Sequence record: SRR31156797_4938
DNA: 36,339 bases
Direction: 5' to 3' (one strand)
In this document: in pieces, positions 27,227 through 36,339 of the stretch
How the letters are laid out: each line of letters starts with the position of its first letter
Numbering within the stretch: the stretch's first letter is position 1
The notes under the pieces: generated by a model
Seen by the model: the letters and a program-made list of their open reading frames with translations, nothing else
What the model was told of the DNA's origin: nothing
Database searches by the model: none
Program-made: the position numbers and the translations under genes

Positions 27227-30200
27227 TTATCAACAAGGCAGCATTGAACAGGCAGTCCACCGTAATGGTCCTGCTTGTTTTCATCATCATCGCCGGGATC
27301 TCAAGCTACGCATCCCTGCCTCGCGAGAGTGACCCGGATATCACCATTCCCTACATCTTTGTGCAGACAAACTTTGAGGGAGTAGCCCCTGAGGACATGG
27401 AAACACTGATCACCATGCCCATCGAGCGTAAGCTGAAAGGACTTTCCGGGACCAAGGAGATTTCCTCCATTTCCGATGATGGGGTTTCCATCATCAAAGT
27501 TGAATTCAACCCCGATGTGGACATTGACGATGCTCTACAAAAAGTTCGCGACAAGGTGGATCAGGCCAAGCCGGACCTGCCCTCAGACCTCCCGGACGAG
27601 CCGGTTATCAACGAGGTTAACCTTTCGGAGCAGCCCATTTTGAACGTAGTCCTTTCCGGACCATTCTCCCTCAAACGGCTGAAAGTGTTCGCCGAACAGC
27701 TTGAAGACCGCATCGAATCAGTTCAGGGCGTACTTGATGCCAAGATTATCGGTGGGCTTGAGCGTGAAATCCACGTGGAATTCGATATGGACCGCGTGGC
27801 CTTTTACAACATCCCCCTTTCCAGTCTGCTCAACGCGGTGAAAAACGCCAACGTGAACACCCCCGGCGGCTCTGTTGAAATCGGGAAGTCCAAATATCTT
27901 GTACGCGTGCCTGAAGATTTCAAACACCCGGACGAGATTGATAAAATCGTGGTCTACGAAAAGGATGGCCGCCCCATTTATCTGCGCGATATCGCATCTA
28001 TCCGCGACCACTACAAGGACCCGACCTCAAAAAGCCGCTTCAACGGAATCCAGAGTGTGACCATTGAAGTAAAGAAAAGGGCCGGGGAAAACATCATCCG
28101 CATCATCGATACAGTCAAAGAGATTTTGAAGGAAGAGCAGCAGGTTCTGCCGCCGACCCTGAAAATCAACCTGACCGCGGACCAGTCCGATGAAATCCGC
28201 CAGATGGTTGCCGATCTGCAGAACAATATAATTACCGGACTGCTGCTGGTGCTCATCGTAGTCTTCGCCTTTATCGGCGGCCGATCGGCCCTGTTCGTCT
28301 CACTGGCAATCCCGCTATCCATGCTGATCACCTTCACGGTACTGGAGATTTTCTCCTACACCCTGAACATGGTTATCCTCTTCTCGCTTATCTTGAGCCT
28401 CGGCATGCTGGTGGATAACGGAATCGTTGTGGTCGAGAACATCTACCGTCACATGGGCATGGGTAAATCCCGCTTGCAGGCGGCCATGGATGCCACCGAC
28501 GAAGTCGCATGGCCGGTTATAGCCTCTACCCTGACCACTGTAGGCGCATTCTTCCCCATGGTCTTCTGGCCCGGAATCATGGGCGAATTCATGAGTTACC
28601 TGCCCATCACCGTTATCATCGCCCTTTCCGCATCACTGTTCGTGGCGTTGGTCATCAACCCCGTGCTCTCAGCCAAGTTTCAGGATGTGCCCAAGCTGGA
28701 CAAAAACGCCAAGCCCGGATTCATTGACCGCATGATGCATACATTCAAGAATATATATCGACCCATTCTTGAGTGGTCACTTGATCATAGGCTGCTGGTC
28801 GTGCTCTTCGCCTTTGCATTCCTCATTGTTTCCACCGTCAGCTTCGGCATGTTCGGACGCGGAGTGGAATTCCTGCCTAAGACCGAACCCAAACGTTCAG
28901 ACGTCAAGATCAAGGCCCCGGTAGGAACCAACCTTGAAGCTTCGGACCAATTTGTGAAAGTAGTTGAAAAAATCGCTGCCGAATATCCAGACATTGAATA
29001 CATCATTGCCAACACTGGGGAATCCGGGCAGTCCGATGAAATCGGCACCCATTACAGCCTTGTGAAGCTTGATTACGTGGACATTCAGGACCGCAGCCGC
29101 CCTTCATCTGAGATTACCAATGAACTCCGTGACCGCTTGCAGCACTCAATTCGCGGTGCGGAAGTCCGTGCAGAACCGGAAAAAATGGGACCGCCCACAG
29201 GCAGTGCCATCAACATGGAAATATACGGCAAAGACCTGCGCCAGCTGGGAGAAATAACTGCCTCCTTCAAGCGGGCTATTAAAAACATTCCCGGACTGGT
29301 TGACCTGAAGGACAACTATATTTCGGCCAAACCGGAAATCCGAGTGGATGTGGACAAGGAAAAAGCAGCCATCATGGGCCTCGACGCCTTTACCATTGCT
29401 CAGGCTGTAAAGACCGCCATTAACGGCTTCAAGGTCGGGGTCTACCGCGAAGGCAAAGACGAATACGACATTGTCGCCCGGTTGCCCAAAGAGGAACGTG
29501 ATTCCTTAGAAGACATCCGCCGGATCACTGTTTCCGGTCCCAAGGGTGAACCGATCCCCATCACCAGCCTTGCGGATGTAACCATGGGCGGTGGACTGGG
29601 CGGTATTAACCGCATTGATCAAAAAAGGGTGGTCACCCTTTCCGCAGATGTCTCAGGCCGCCTTGCCGAGGAAGTCATTGCCGACATCACCGAAGCTGTA
29701 TCCGGTATCGAACTGCCTAGGGGCTATTCATACAAATTCACAGGAGAACAGGAAGAACAGGCCAAAGCATCCGCATTCCTTGAAAGAGCATTTGCCGGAG
29801 CGCTGTTCCTGATCTTCATCGTACTGGTAACTCAGTTTAACTCCGTTGCCACCCCATTCATCATCCTGACTGCGGTAATCCTCTCCCTTGGTGGAGTTAT
29901 GGTCGGACTGCTGATAACCGGGACGGCCTTTGGGGTCATTATGACCGGGGTTGGAGTGCTCTCCCTTGCCGGGGTTGTAGTTAACAACGCCATTGTGCTC
30001 ATTGACTACTTTGAGCAGCTCAAGGAACAAGGCCGCTCTGCCCGCGAAGCACTCATTGAAGCCGGGCTGACCCGTTTCCGCCCGGTACTGCTTACCGCTA
30101 TCACCACCGTATTGGGACTCATCCCCATGGCAACTGGCATCAGCTTCGACTTCATCAACATGCGCCTCGACATGGGCAGTGAAACCTCCCAGTGGTGGGG

Positions 30201-30351
30201 CCCCATGGCTGTAGCAGTTATCTTCGGACTGGCAATCGCCACGGTACTTACGCTAGTGGTAGTACCCACGCTCTGCTCCTTGCAGGAAAGCTGGAAGGAA
30301 CGGGCAGCGCAGCGTAAAGCCGTTAAACTTGCAAAACAGGCAATAAATTAG
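27223..30351 (+). CDS. RND efflux permease (AcrB/AcrD/AcrF family)
   Basis: 1042 aa; LP.E..PDI, AIPLS, GMLVDNGIVVVENI, R.RPVLLT..TT..G..PM; GTG start overlapping the MFP stop. Confidence 0.95.
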   Translation: MIINKAALNRQSTVMVLLVFIIIAGISSYASLPRESDPDITIPYIFVQTNFEGVAPEDMETLITMPIERKLKGLSGTKEISSISDDGVSIIKVEFNPDVDIDDALQKVRDKVDQAKPDLPSDLPDEPVINEVNLSEQPILNVVLSGPFSLKRLKVFAEQLEDRIESVQGVLDAKIIGGLEREIHVEFDMDRVAFYNIPLSSLLNAVKNANVNTPGGSVEIGKSKYLVRVPEDFKHPDEIDKIVVYEKDGRPIYLRDIASIRDHYKDPTSKSRFNGIQSVTIEVKKRAGENIIRIIDTVKEILKEEQQVLPPTLKINLTADQSDEIRQMVADLQNNIITGLLLVLIVVFAFIGGRSALFVSLAIPLSMLITFTVLEIFSYTLNMVILFSLILSLGMLVDNGIVVVENIYRHMGMGKSRLQAAMDATDEVAWPVIASTLTTVGAFFPMVFWPGIMGEFMSYLPITVIIALSASLFVALVINPVLSAKFQDVPKLDKNAKPGFIDRMMHTFKNIYRPILEWSLDHRLLVVLFAFAFLIVSTVSFGMFGRGVEFLPKTEPKRSDVKIKAPVGTNLEASDQFVKVVEKIAAEYPDIEYIIANTGESGQSDEIGTHYSLVKLDYVDIQDRSRPSSEITNELRDRLQHSIRGAEVRAEPEKMGPPTGSAINMEIYGKDLRQLGEITASFKRAIKNIPGLVDLKDNYISAKPEIRVDVDKEKAAIMGLDAFTIAQAVKTAINGFKVGVYREGKDEYDIVARLPKEERDSLEDIRRITVSGPKGEPIPITSLADVTMGGGLGGINRIDQKRVVTLSADVSGRLAEEVIADITEAVSGIELPRGYSYKFTGEQEEQAKASAFLERAFAGALFLIFIVLVTQFNSVATPFIILTAVILSLGGVMVGLLITGTAFGVIMTGVGVLSLAGVVVNNAIVLIDYFEQLKEQGRSAREALIEAGLTRFRPVLLTAITTVLGLIPMATGISFDFINMRLDMGSETSQWWGPMAVAVIFGLAIATVLTLVVVPTLCSLQESWKERAAQRKAVKLAKQAIN

Positions 30352-30425
30352 ATTAATGTCTGAGGCATAACGATTAACTACCTGTTAAATTCCTATCTAT
30401 ACAATTTACAGGCACAATCATAATA

Positions 30426-31541
30426 ATGAAAAAAGCAACACTTTATATATTCGCATTGCTGGCAGCAGCCGGGATCTCCATCGGGGTCCCGGCCTGCTCC
30501 AAGATGGGGCACGCCCCTTCCAATGAGGAAAGCATTATGTTCGAGAAATCCCCCAATTTCCAAAACGGCACATTTTTCAACGAGAATCCGGTCAATATGA
30601 CAGTGGAAGGTTTCACCTTTGCCAAAGCGATAAACTTCTTTTTTGACCTCAGCCGCACACCGGACAAAAAGTTACCCTTTCAACAGCTTACAAAAAGCTC
30701 ATTTTCGCCCACTCCTGCAGAATTACAGGTTGTATGGCTGGGACATTCATCCATGATCCTCGATATTGACGGGGTGCGCCTACTCATCGATCCTGTTTTC
30801 GACAATGCCTCCCCGGTGCCATTCACGGTCAACCGTTTTCAGCCCTCGCCTATCCAGCGCGAAGAACTTCCCGAAGTGGATGCGGTGGTCATTTCCCACG
30901 ACCACTACGATCACCTGGAAATGAGCACTATCAAGCAATTAGCACCGAAAGTTAAACTCTTTATCGTTCCACTTGGAGTTGGTTCCCACCTGCGCAAATG
31001 GGGTTGCACACCCGAACAGATTGTAGAACTCAACTGGCATAAAACCATCACTATCCGTGATGTCGAGATCATTGCCGCACCCACCCAGCACTTTTCCGGA
31101 CGCGGGTTGGGTGACAGGTTCAAGACCCTTTGGGCATCTTTCGTCTTCAAAGGAAAACATCATCGGGCCTACTACTCCGGCGATGGCGGTTATGATGGAC
31201 GATTCAATGAAATCGGCCAAAAGTACGGACCGTTTGACCTAACCATGATCGAATCCGGAGCTTACGACAAAGGTTGGCAGGACGTGCACATGATGCCTGA
31301 AGAATCCGTACAGGCACACATTGAACTTGGTGGGAAATACATGCTCCTTGTTCATTGGGGAGCCTACGATCTTGCTTTTCACAAATGGGATGAGCCCATC
31401 CGCAGGGTCTCTGCTCTGAGCGCAGAACAAGGGATTAATCTGCTTACGCCGCAAATGGGCGAGCTTTGCTTACCCGGACAAACCACCCACTCAACATGGT
31501 GGGAACCAGCCCAGCAGAGAAAACTTGCTGTTGCGAATTGA
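30426..31541 (+). CDS. Exported metallo-beta-lactamase fold hydrolase (RomA/NAPE-PLD-like)
   Basis: WLGHSS, DPVF, SHDHYDHL, QHFSGR, SGDGGY, GAY, HM.PEE, HWG; N-terminal signal. Confidence 0.9.
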   Translation: MKKATLYIFALLAAAGISIGVPACSKMGHAPSNEESIMFEKSPNFQNGTFFNENPVNMTVEGFTFAKAINFFFDLSRTPDKKLPFQQLTKSSFSPTPAELQVVWLGHSSMILDIDGVRLLIDPVFDNASPVPFTVNRFQPSPIQREELPEVDAVVISHDHYDHLEMSTIKQLAPKVKLFIVPLGVGSHLRKWGCTPEQIVELNWHKTITIRDVEIIAAPTQHFSGRGLGDRFKTLWASFVFKGKHHRAYYSGDGGYDGRFNEIGQKYGPFDLTMIESGAYDKGWQDVHMMPEESVQAHIELGGKYMLLVHWGAYDLAFHKWDEPIRRVSALSAEQGINLLTPQMGELCLPGQTTHSTWWEPAQQRKLAVAN

Positions 31542-31585
31542 TAGGAAGAACTTTCAGGTAATGCCGAGGCGTAAATCCGACCCTG

Positions 31586-33310
31586 TTAACTGGAACTAAG
31601 GGAAGCCAGAGTGGTTTCGAGCTGACTCTCAACCCCTGAATAGTAGGCAAGCATGGTATCCAAAGCGGAATACTTTTCTTCTAATCTTGTCTGGTAAGCA
31701 TCCAGCCTTGCCTCTTCTTCATAAATATCACCTTCAAGCTTGGCAGTCAGGTCGTCATAACTTGCTGCCAGCAGGGGGATACTCCCGGTTGAAACATCAG
31801 TTAACGATGAACAAAGGTCAGCCAGCTGTCCGCATTTGCCCTGCTTCACTGTAACTGTGCTGGAATAAGAACCGTCCGTCAAATCAGAAACCTCGAGATA
31901 CAGCCCGTTGGCACCGCTTTCATACGGGGCCAGAAGTGTATTATTATTAATGGCCATGTCCACACCATCAATTGTGGCAGCAGTAATTATCCCACCAGAC
32001 ACGGTGTATTCAACATCATAATCTCCGGCTGAGGTTAAGCCGGGAATGGTTGAAATAACCCGCATATCGGAACTATCTGTTTCAGCCTCACCATTAGCCG
32101 CAAAAAGCATGGCCACAGCTTCAGGGTCCTCAGCCAAAGCATCTTCAAGCTCATCATAATCTACTTCCAACTGTCCGAAAGTGGATGAACCTTCTGTGCT
32201 GTCAGTGGTAATACCAATAGCCGAAAGAGAGGCATACTTGTCCCCTTCCCCGGTCTCGCTATCATAGTATAAAAATCCCAATCCCGCGGAAGTTAGGGCA
32301 TCCTTTACCGAATCATAGACCAGACCAAGGGTGGCATCATTGACATAAACAGTGCTGCCGTCATCGTCCTCATCTGCCAACTCCCCGGTGACATCCAGCA
32401 AGTCATAGAGTAGCTGGTTTACCTCTGAAACAAATGTCTCAATGGTTTCAACCATGGCATCTGTATCATAGGAAACACCAACGTTCATGCCTGCTGAATC
32501 AGTTGTCGCATTGAGAGTCAAGGTCATGTTGTCGATAACATCGTCAACGGTATTGGAAGGTCGCTCAATCCACTCATTTGCACCGGAAGGAAAGCCATCC
32601 ACCTTCATCTGCGCATTCTGGGCAGTCTGGGTATTAGTAAAAGAACTGGCATTATAGCCGTCAATAGCACTCAGGTCAGTAAGCCCGACCGCATTATCCG
32701 CTCCAGTATCCTCACCGCTGAATTTAAGATAATAGTTACTGCCGTCGCTGATCAGCGAAGCTGTAATTTTACCGTCAAAATCCGGGTCACTGTTGATCTG
32801 GTCCACCAACTCCTGCGCCGTGGTCCCGGCAGTGACATCCATGGTTATGTCTTCCCCGGCGTAGGACAAGGTAATTGATGAATCGGATGAAATTACTGAC
32901 TGATCAGAGGAAGTAATGGACATGCCCTCAGAAATCCAAACATCCTTCTGGGCCAACTGATTCACGACCACGTTGTAAGAATCCTCGGTGGCCCCGTCTT
33001 CAATGGAGGCTTGAACTTCACCGTCTCCGGTAGTGGACACGGAGTAAGCCAGAAACTCATCCATTTCATCAATACCCTGTAGAGTGCCGGACAAGGTCAG
33101 GACTTCTTCATTCAAGGCTTCAAGAAGCTCTGAAACAGCCTCCGCCTCTTCCAAGTCTTCCTTATATTGTTCCAGCTCATAACTTTCTGCCTCGACGGAG
33201 GCTTCAATAAGATCGGTCCAGTCCGTTCCATCACCCAGTCCATTGATGGTGAAACCGCCTGAGGTTGAGGTGGGCTGGTAAGTGCCTGTTGAAACGGATG
33301 CAACTGCCAT
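31586..33310 (-). CDS. fliD: Flagellar filament cap protein, highly acidic
   Basis: INGLGDGTDW..LIE, V.QLAQ, TQTAQNAQMKVDG, IERPSNTVDDVI, FV...N, L..IGI, C-terminal RLEEKYSALD; AGGAGG RBS. Confidence 0.88.
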   Translation of the reverse strand: MAVASVSTGTYQPTSTSGGFTINGLGDGTDWTDLIEASVEAESYELEQYKEDLEEAEAVSELLEALNEEVLTLSGTLQGIDEMDEFLAYSVSTTGDGEVQASIEDGATEDSYNVVVNQLAQKDVWISEGMSITSSDQSVISSDSSITLSYAGEDITMDVTAGTTAQELVDQINSDPDFDGKITASLISDGSNYYLKFSGEDTGADNAVGLTDLSAIDGYNASSFTNTQTAQNAQMKVDGFPSGANEWIERPSNTVDDVIDNMTLTLNATTDSAGMNVGVSYDTDAMVETIETFVSEVNQLLYDLLDVTGELADEDDDGSTVYVNDATLGLVYDSVKDALTSAGLGFLYYDSETGEGDKYASLSAIGITTDSTEGSSTFGQLEVDYDELEDALAEDPEAVAMLFAANGEAETDSSDMRVISTIPGLTSAGDYDVEYTVSGGIITAATIDGVDMAINNNTLLAPYESGANGLYLEVSDLTDGSYSSTVTVKQGKCGQLADLCSSLTDVSTGSIPLLAASYDDLTAKLEGDIYEEEARLDAYQTRLEEKYSALDTMLAYYSGVESQLETTLASLSSS

Positions 33311-33326
33311 GACTCCCTCCTACTGA

Positions 33327-34535
33327 CTACAGATAATTCATGATCGACATGCTGATTACTTTCGAAGTTGAACTGAGCACGGCATTGTAAACATATTCCG
33401 TGCGGCTCAATTCAATGGTCAATGCAGTACTGTCGGCATCCTCTTCATCGCTGATGGCTGACGCAACCCGCTCACGGGTGAGGCTCAAGCTTTGCCCGGT
33501 AAAATCAGCTTTCTCCTCCCGGGCCCCCACATTGGATGTTTCAATCAACATCTGATTGTAGCCGTCATCAATGGTTTCAAGGGTCGTGGCCGTGCCCTCC
33601 TCATCTCCAATCCACATGTAAGCAATGGAATCACTTATGGCTTCAAACATGTTGGGACCGGAAAAAGGGTCTCCGGTCTCAGGGTCCACACCGCCAAATA
33701 TATCACTGCCCACGGAATTGACTTCAAGCTCCGTACTTTCCGAAATTCCCACAGCCATAGCCTCGTCGGCACCGTTGTACTGCAGAGAATTACGGACCAC
33801 GAACTGCCCGCCTGTCTTGGCATCAGAATCATAAGCCGTGACCGCTGTGCCCGCATTCATTTCCACGGCAACATCACCCAGCTCCATGGTCATGTCCGGT
33901 GGGGTAGCGGTGCCGTCCATGGTTCCGGTCAGCCATGTACTGCCGCCGTCAAGGGAATAGCGATAATCAACCGCATCCGTACCGATCGTTCCATCTGTAG
34001 TGAATTCCACTATTACCGGATCATCTACCTCGCCTGTAAACTCCACAAAATCACTTTTGTCCGGACCGTCCCCAGTAATGGTCACTCCGGGAACATATTC
34101 ATATGAAGCTGTATCCGTGTCTTCGCCAGAAAAAAGATAATCATCACCCATTTCAGAATTAGCGATAGCCAGCAGGGAATCCTGATACCCCATCATATTT
34201 ACAGCCATGGCTTGCTGCTGATCGTCGGTGTAAGTTCCGGTAGCCCCCTGCTCGACCTGTTCTTTGGCGGAAATCATTATCTCGCTGGCTTCACTGAGCA
34301 GGCCGTCAGCACTTCCCAGCAGACTCTTAGCGTATTGGGTGTTGTTGTAGTAATCCTCAAGGGTCTGGTCATAGCTGCGCAGGTTGACCACATTACCCAT
34401 ACCAGCCGGATCATCGGACGGAGCGTTGATTTTCTTTTGGGTGGCAACCTGATTGGAAACATTCATATAATCAGCCAAGGACTTGCTGACATTGCTCATA
34501 CTCTGCTCATAAATCTGCGCTGTGCTGACTCGCAT
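33327..34535 (-). CDS. flgL: Flagellar hook-associated protein 3, highly acidic
   Basis: MRVST, TQKKINAPSDDP, AN.....YLFSG, VGAR, EDAD, Y.A.L.......SIMNYL; AAGGAGG RBS before ATG 34535. Confidence 0.9.
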   Translation of the reverse strand: MRVSTAQIYEQSMSNVSKSLADYMNVSNQVATQKKINAPSDDPAGMGNVVNLRSYDQTLEDYYNNTQYAKSLLGSADGLLSEASEIMISAKEQVEQGATGTYTDDQQQAMAVNMMGYQDSLLAIANSEMGDDYLFSGEDTDTASYEYVPGVTITGDGPDKSDFVEFTGEVDDPVIVEFTTDGTIGTDAVDYRYSLDGGSTWLTGTMDGTATPPDMTMELGDVAVEMNAGTAVTAYDSDAKTGGQFVVRNSLQYNGADEAMAVGISESTELEVNSVGSDIFGGVDPETGDPFSGPNMFEAISDSIAYMWIGDEEGTATTLETIDDGYNQMLIETSNVGAREEKADFTGQSLSLTRERVASAISDEEDADSTALTIELSRTEYVYNAVLSSTSKVISMSIMNYL

Positions 34536-34545
34536 TGCTGCCTCC

Positions 34546-36297
34546 TTAAACAATACCCAAAATGGTATCGATCATATCGCGGGTAACGGAAATTATCTGG
34601 CAGGCCGCCTCATATTGCTGCTGGGCCTTGGTCAGGTTGACCAGTTCTTCATCCACATTGACCCCGCTGACCGATTCCTGCTGGTCGGCATAAATCTGGG
34701 CCGCAGCCGTGTCGCAGGTAACCTGAGTCTCCGCCGCAGAAACAGCCGCCCCCACATCGGAGACAATGGCAGACAAATATTCACTCAAAGAAGCATTCGT
34801 CGCCGATGCCCCCTCACCTATTGATACGGTCTGGCTCAGCAAATCGTTTATGGACTTAGCAGTATCATTGCTTCCGGAAGATACGGTTCCGTCATCTCCC
34901 ACCTCTCCGGCATTGAGATGCGAGGGATCGGATGAAACATAATTGTTGACCGCAATATCCCCGGCAGAACTGCCCTCAAAAAAAGTATTGATCCCCGCAG
35001 CAGCCAGAAATCCTGAACTGTCTTCACCGAATTCAAAGGAGGCATCGCCCGCGGCATGAATTTCCAACTCCCCATCTGCGTTCACCGAGGCTGTCAGGGT
35101 TCCTCCGAAGGCTGCATTAATGTCAGCAACGACATCATCCAGTGAGTCGGTTGCCGGATCGATACTGATAGCCGAACTTGCGGTCATATTACCGTCAGCA
35201 CCGTAAGTGTAGATATTGAACTCACCGGAAATGATCTTGTCGGCGTAATCCAGCCCGCTGTCGGAAAGAGCTGCAGTCTGGTCGTCCACACTGTAAGTTC
35301 CTCCAACGGCAGTATGCGGCTCCAAACCTGCGCCCTGAGAATGGGCCACGTTGGTTTCCCAGATCAGGGCCGAGGCGTACTCATCAAGGCTGTCCAGCGT
35401 AGGCTGGATGTATTCATCACGGGTGACAAACAACCCGGCAATGGAACCTCCGGTAGTGCGCCCGGAAACCGCATCGCCGTTATCATCGGTCATGGGGGTT
35501 ATGTCCACCAGACCACCGGACCCGCTTTCCCAGAACAGTCCGGTCTTCGAAGTATCATCATCGTATGCTACTGCGAGATGATGGGTTTCCTGTCCCTCCA
35601 CCAGCGGCTGCCCCGTTTCAGTATAAATCTTGGTCTGCCCGTCGCTATAGCTGAGCACTTCCACTCCGATGAGTTCATCCAGTTCACGGATGGCCTGATC
35701 CCGGCTGGCGGTCAGTTCATAATTGTCCGGGCTGGCCGCGATCTGCTCATTTAAAAGAGCTATGGAATCGATCAGTTCATTGGCGGTATTGACCTGATCA
35801 ACAATTTCCGATTCCACGCTGGCAGACATATCCTTAAGTTCTGAAGAAGTTGAATTAAGCGCATAGATAAGTGAGTCTGCTTCCCCGAGCAGGTCTTCCC
35901 GTTCAGCAAGGGAGTCAGGATAGGTGGAAAGACCGTTCCAGGCACTCAGGAATTCATCCTGCGCCGCGGCCAGCCCTTCACCATCACTCTGGTTGAAAAT
36001 GGAATCCATCTGGGAGAGGTATTTGTACTGCACTTCACTGGAGGCCAAATCAGCCGAGGCCGCAAGGTATTGCTTTTCAATAAAGCTGTCCCAATTGGCC
36101 TGCACCGCAACAATGTCCGCTCCGGTCCCAAGGCTGTCACCATAAACGGTAATATTGCCCGTGCTGTCATAAACAGCATCAGCACGCTGGTAGCCTTCGG
36201 TCTCGGCATTGGCGATATTGTTGCTGGTCGTGTTGATCGAGACCTGCGCATTGGCAACAGCCTTCTCGCCTATGGACATTGCATTTGATAAACTCAT
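34546..36297 (-). CDS. flgK: Flagellar hook-associated protein 1, highly acidic
   Basis: SNNIANAETEGYQR, RDQAI.EL.ELI, GGSIAGL, SVSGVNVDEEL.NL...QQ.YEA. Confidence 0.92.
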   Translation of the reverse strand: MSLSNAMSIGEKAVANAQVSINTTSNNIANAETEGYQRADAVYDSTGNITVYGDSLGTGADIVAVQANWDSFIEKQYLAASADLASSEVQYKYLSQMDSIFNQSDGEGLAAAQDEFLSAWNGLSTYPDSLAEREDLLGEADSLIYALNSTSSELKDMSASVESEIVDQVNTANELIDSIALLNEQIAASPDNYELTASRDQAIRELDELIGVEVLSYSDGQTKIYTETGQPLVEGQETHHLAVAYDDDTSKTGLFWESGSGGLVDITPMTDDNGDAVSGRTTGGSIAGLFVTRDEYIQPTLDSLDEYASALIWETNVAHSQGAGLEPHTAVGGTYSVDDQTAALSDSGLDYADKIISGEFNIYTYGADGNMTASSAISIDPATDSLDDVVADINAAFGGTLTASVNADGELEIHAAGDASFEFGEDSSGFLAAAGINTFFEGSSAGDIAVNNYVSSDPSHLNAGEVGDDGTVSSGSNDTAKSINDLLSQTVSIGEGASATNASLSEYLSAIVSDVGAAVSAAETQVTCDTAAAQIYADQQESVSGVNVDEELVNLTKAQQQYEAACQIISVTRDMIDTILGIV

Positions 36298-36300
36298 GTT

Positions 36301-36339
36301 TGCCTCCGCCGGCTCTCCGAGGGCTTAAACCCTTTTTGT
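36301..36339. repeat. Partial copy of the 2758 intergenic repeat, overlapping the flgK RBS
   Basis: TGCCTCCG...TTAAACCCTTTTTG shared with 2758-2784; the minus strand reads GGAGGCAAAC-ATG into flgK. Confidence 0.65.

Noticed and set aside
30426-31541. True metallo-beta-lactamase resistance gene
   Set aside because: Motifs fit the RomA/NAPE-PLD-like branch of the fold, not class B beta-lactamases.
33492-35754. Plus-strand ORFs of 100-204 aa opposite flgL/flgK
   Set aside because: Antisense shadows of well-supported genes; no recognisable protein features.
1-36339. CRISPR array, tRNA/rRNA, transposase, integrase or prophage
   Set aside because: No regularly spaced repeats, RNA gene signatures or mobile-element proteins seen; the intergenic repeats are dispersed single copies.

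Overview
36 kb of bacterial chromosome, most consistent with a Desulfovibrionaceae (Maridesulfovibrio-like) sulfate reducer; this taxonomy is inferred from gene content and style. It holds about 33 genes. In order: kdsB-carA-TPR-gmhB-hypothetical; a MarR plus O-methyltransferase unit with two visible operators; a lipase plus MlaA-like lipoprotein pair resembling Pseudomonas MlaY/MlaZ; a DUF4198 protein behind a Fur-like box; a GlxA-type AraC regulator divergent from an isochorismatase; a DMT transporter; a GT2; periplasmic msrAB; a VanX/DdpX-type dipeptidase; an orphan sugar-binding protein; a ybjT-like SDR coupled to a class II photolyase pseudogene (nonsense codon plus apparent in-frame deletion); a hybrid histidine kinase; an atypical REC-TPR protein; ogt; an ABM protein; a Bcr/CflA MFS; TetR-MFP-RND; an MBL hydrolase; and a flgK-flgL-fliD cassette whose proteins are very acidic and Lys/Arg-poor. 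Up to three copies of a short hairpin-bearing intergenic repeat occur, one supplying the flgK Shine-Dalgarno. No tRNA, rRNA, CRISPR or transposase was seen. The top candidates for novelty are the acidic flgK-flgL-fliD cassette, the MlaYZ-like pair, the decayed photolyase and the repeat family. All family calls come from motif recognition by eye; no searches were run.
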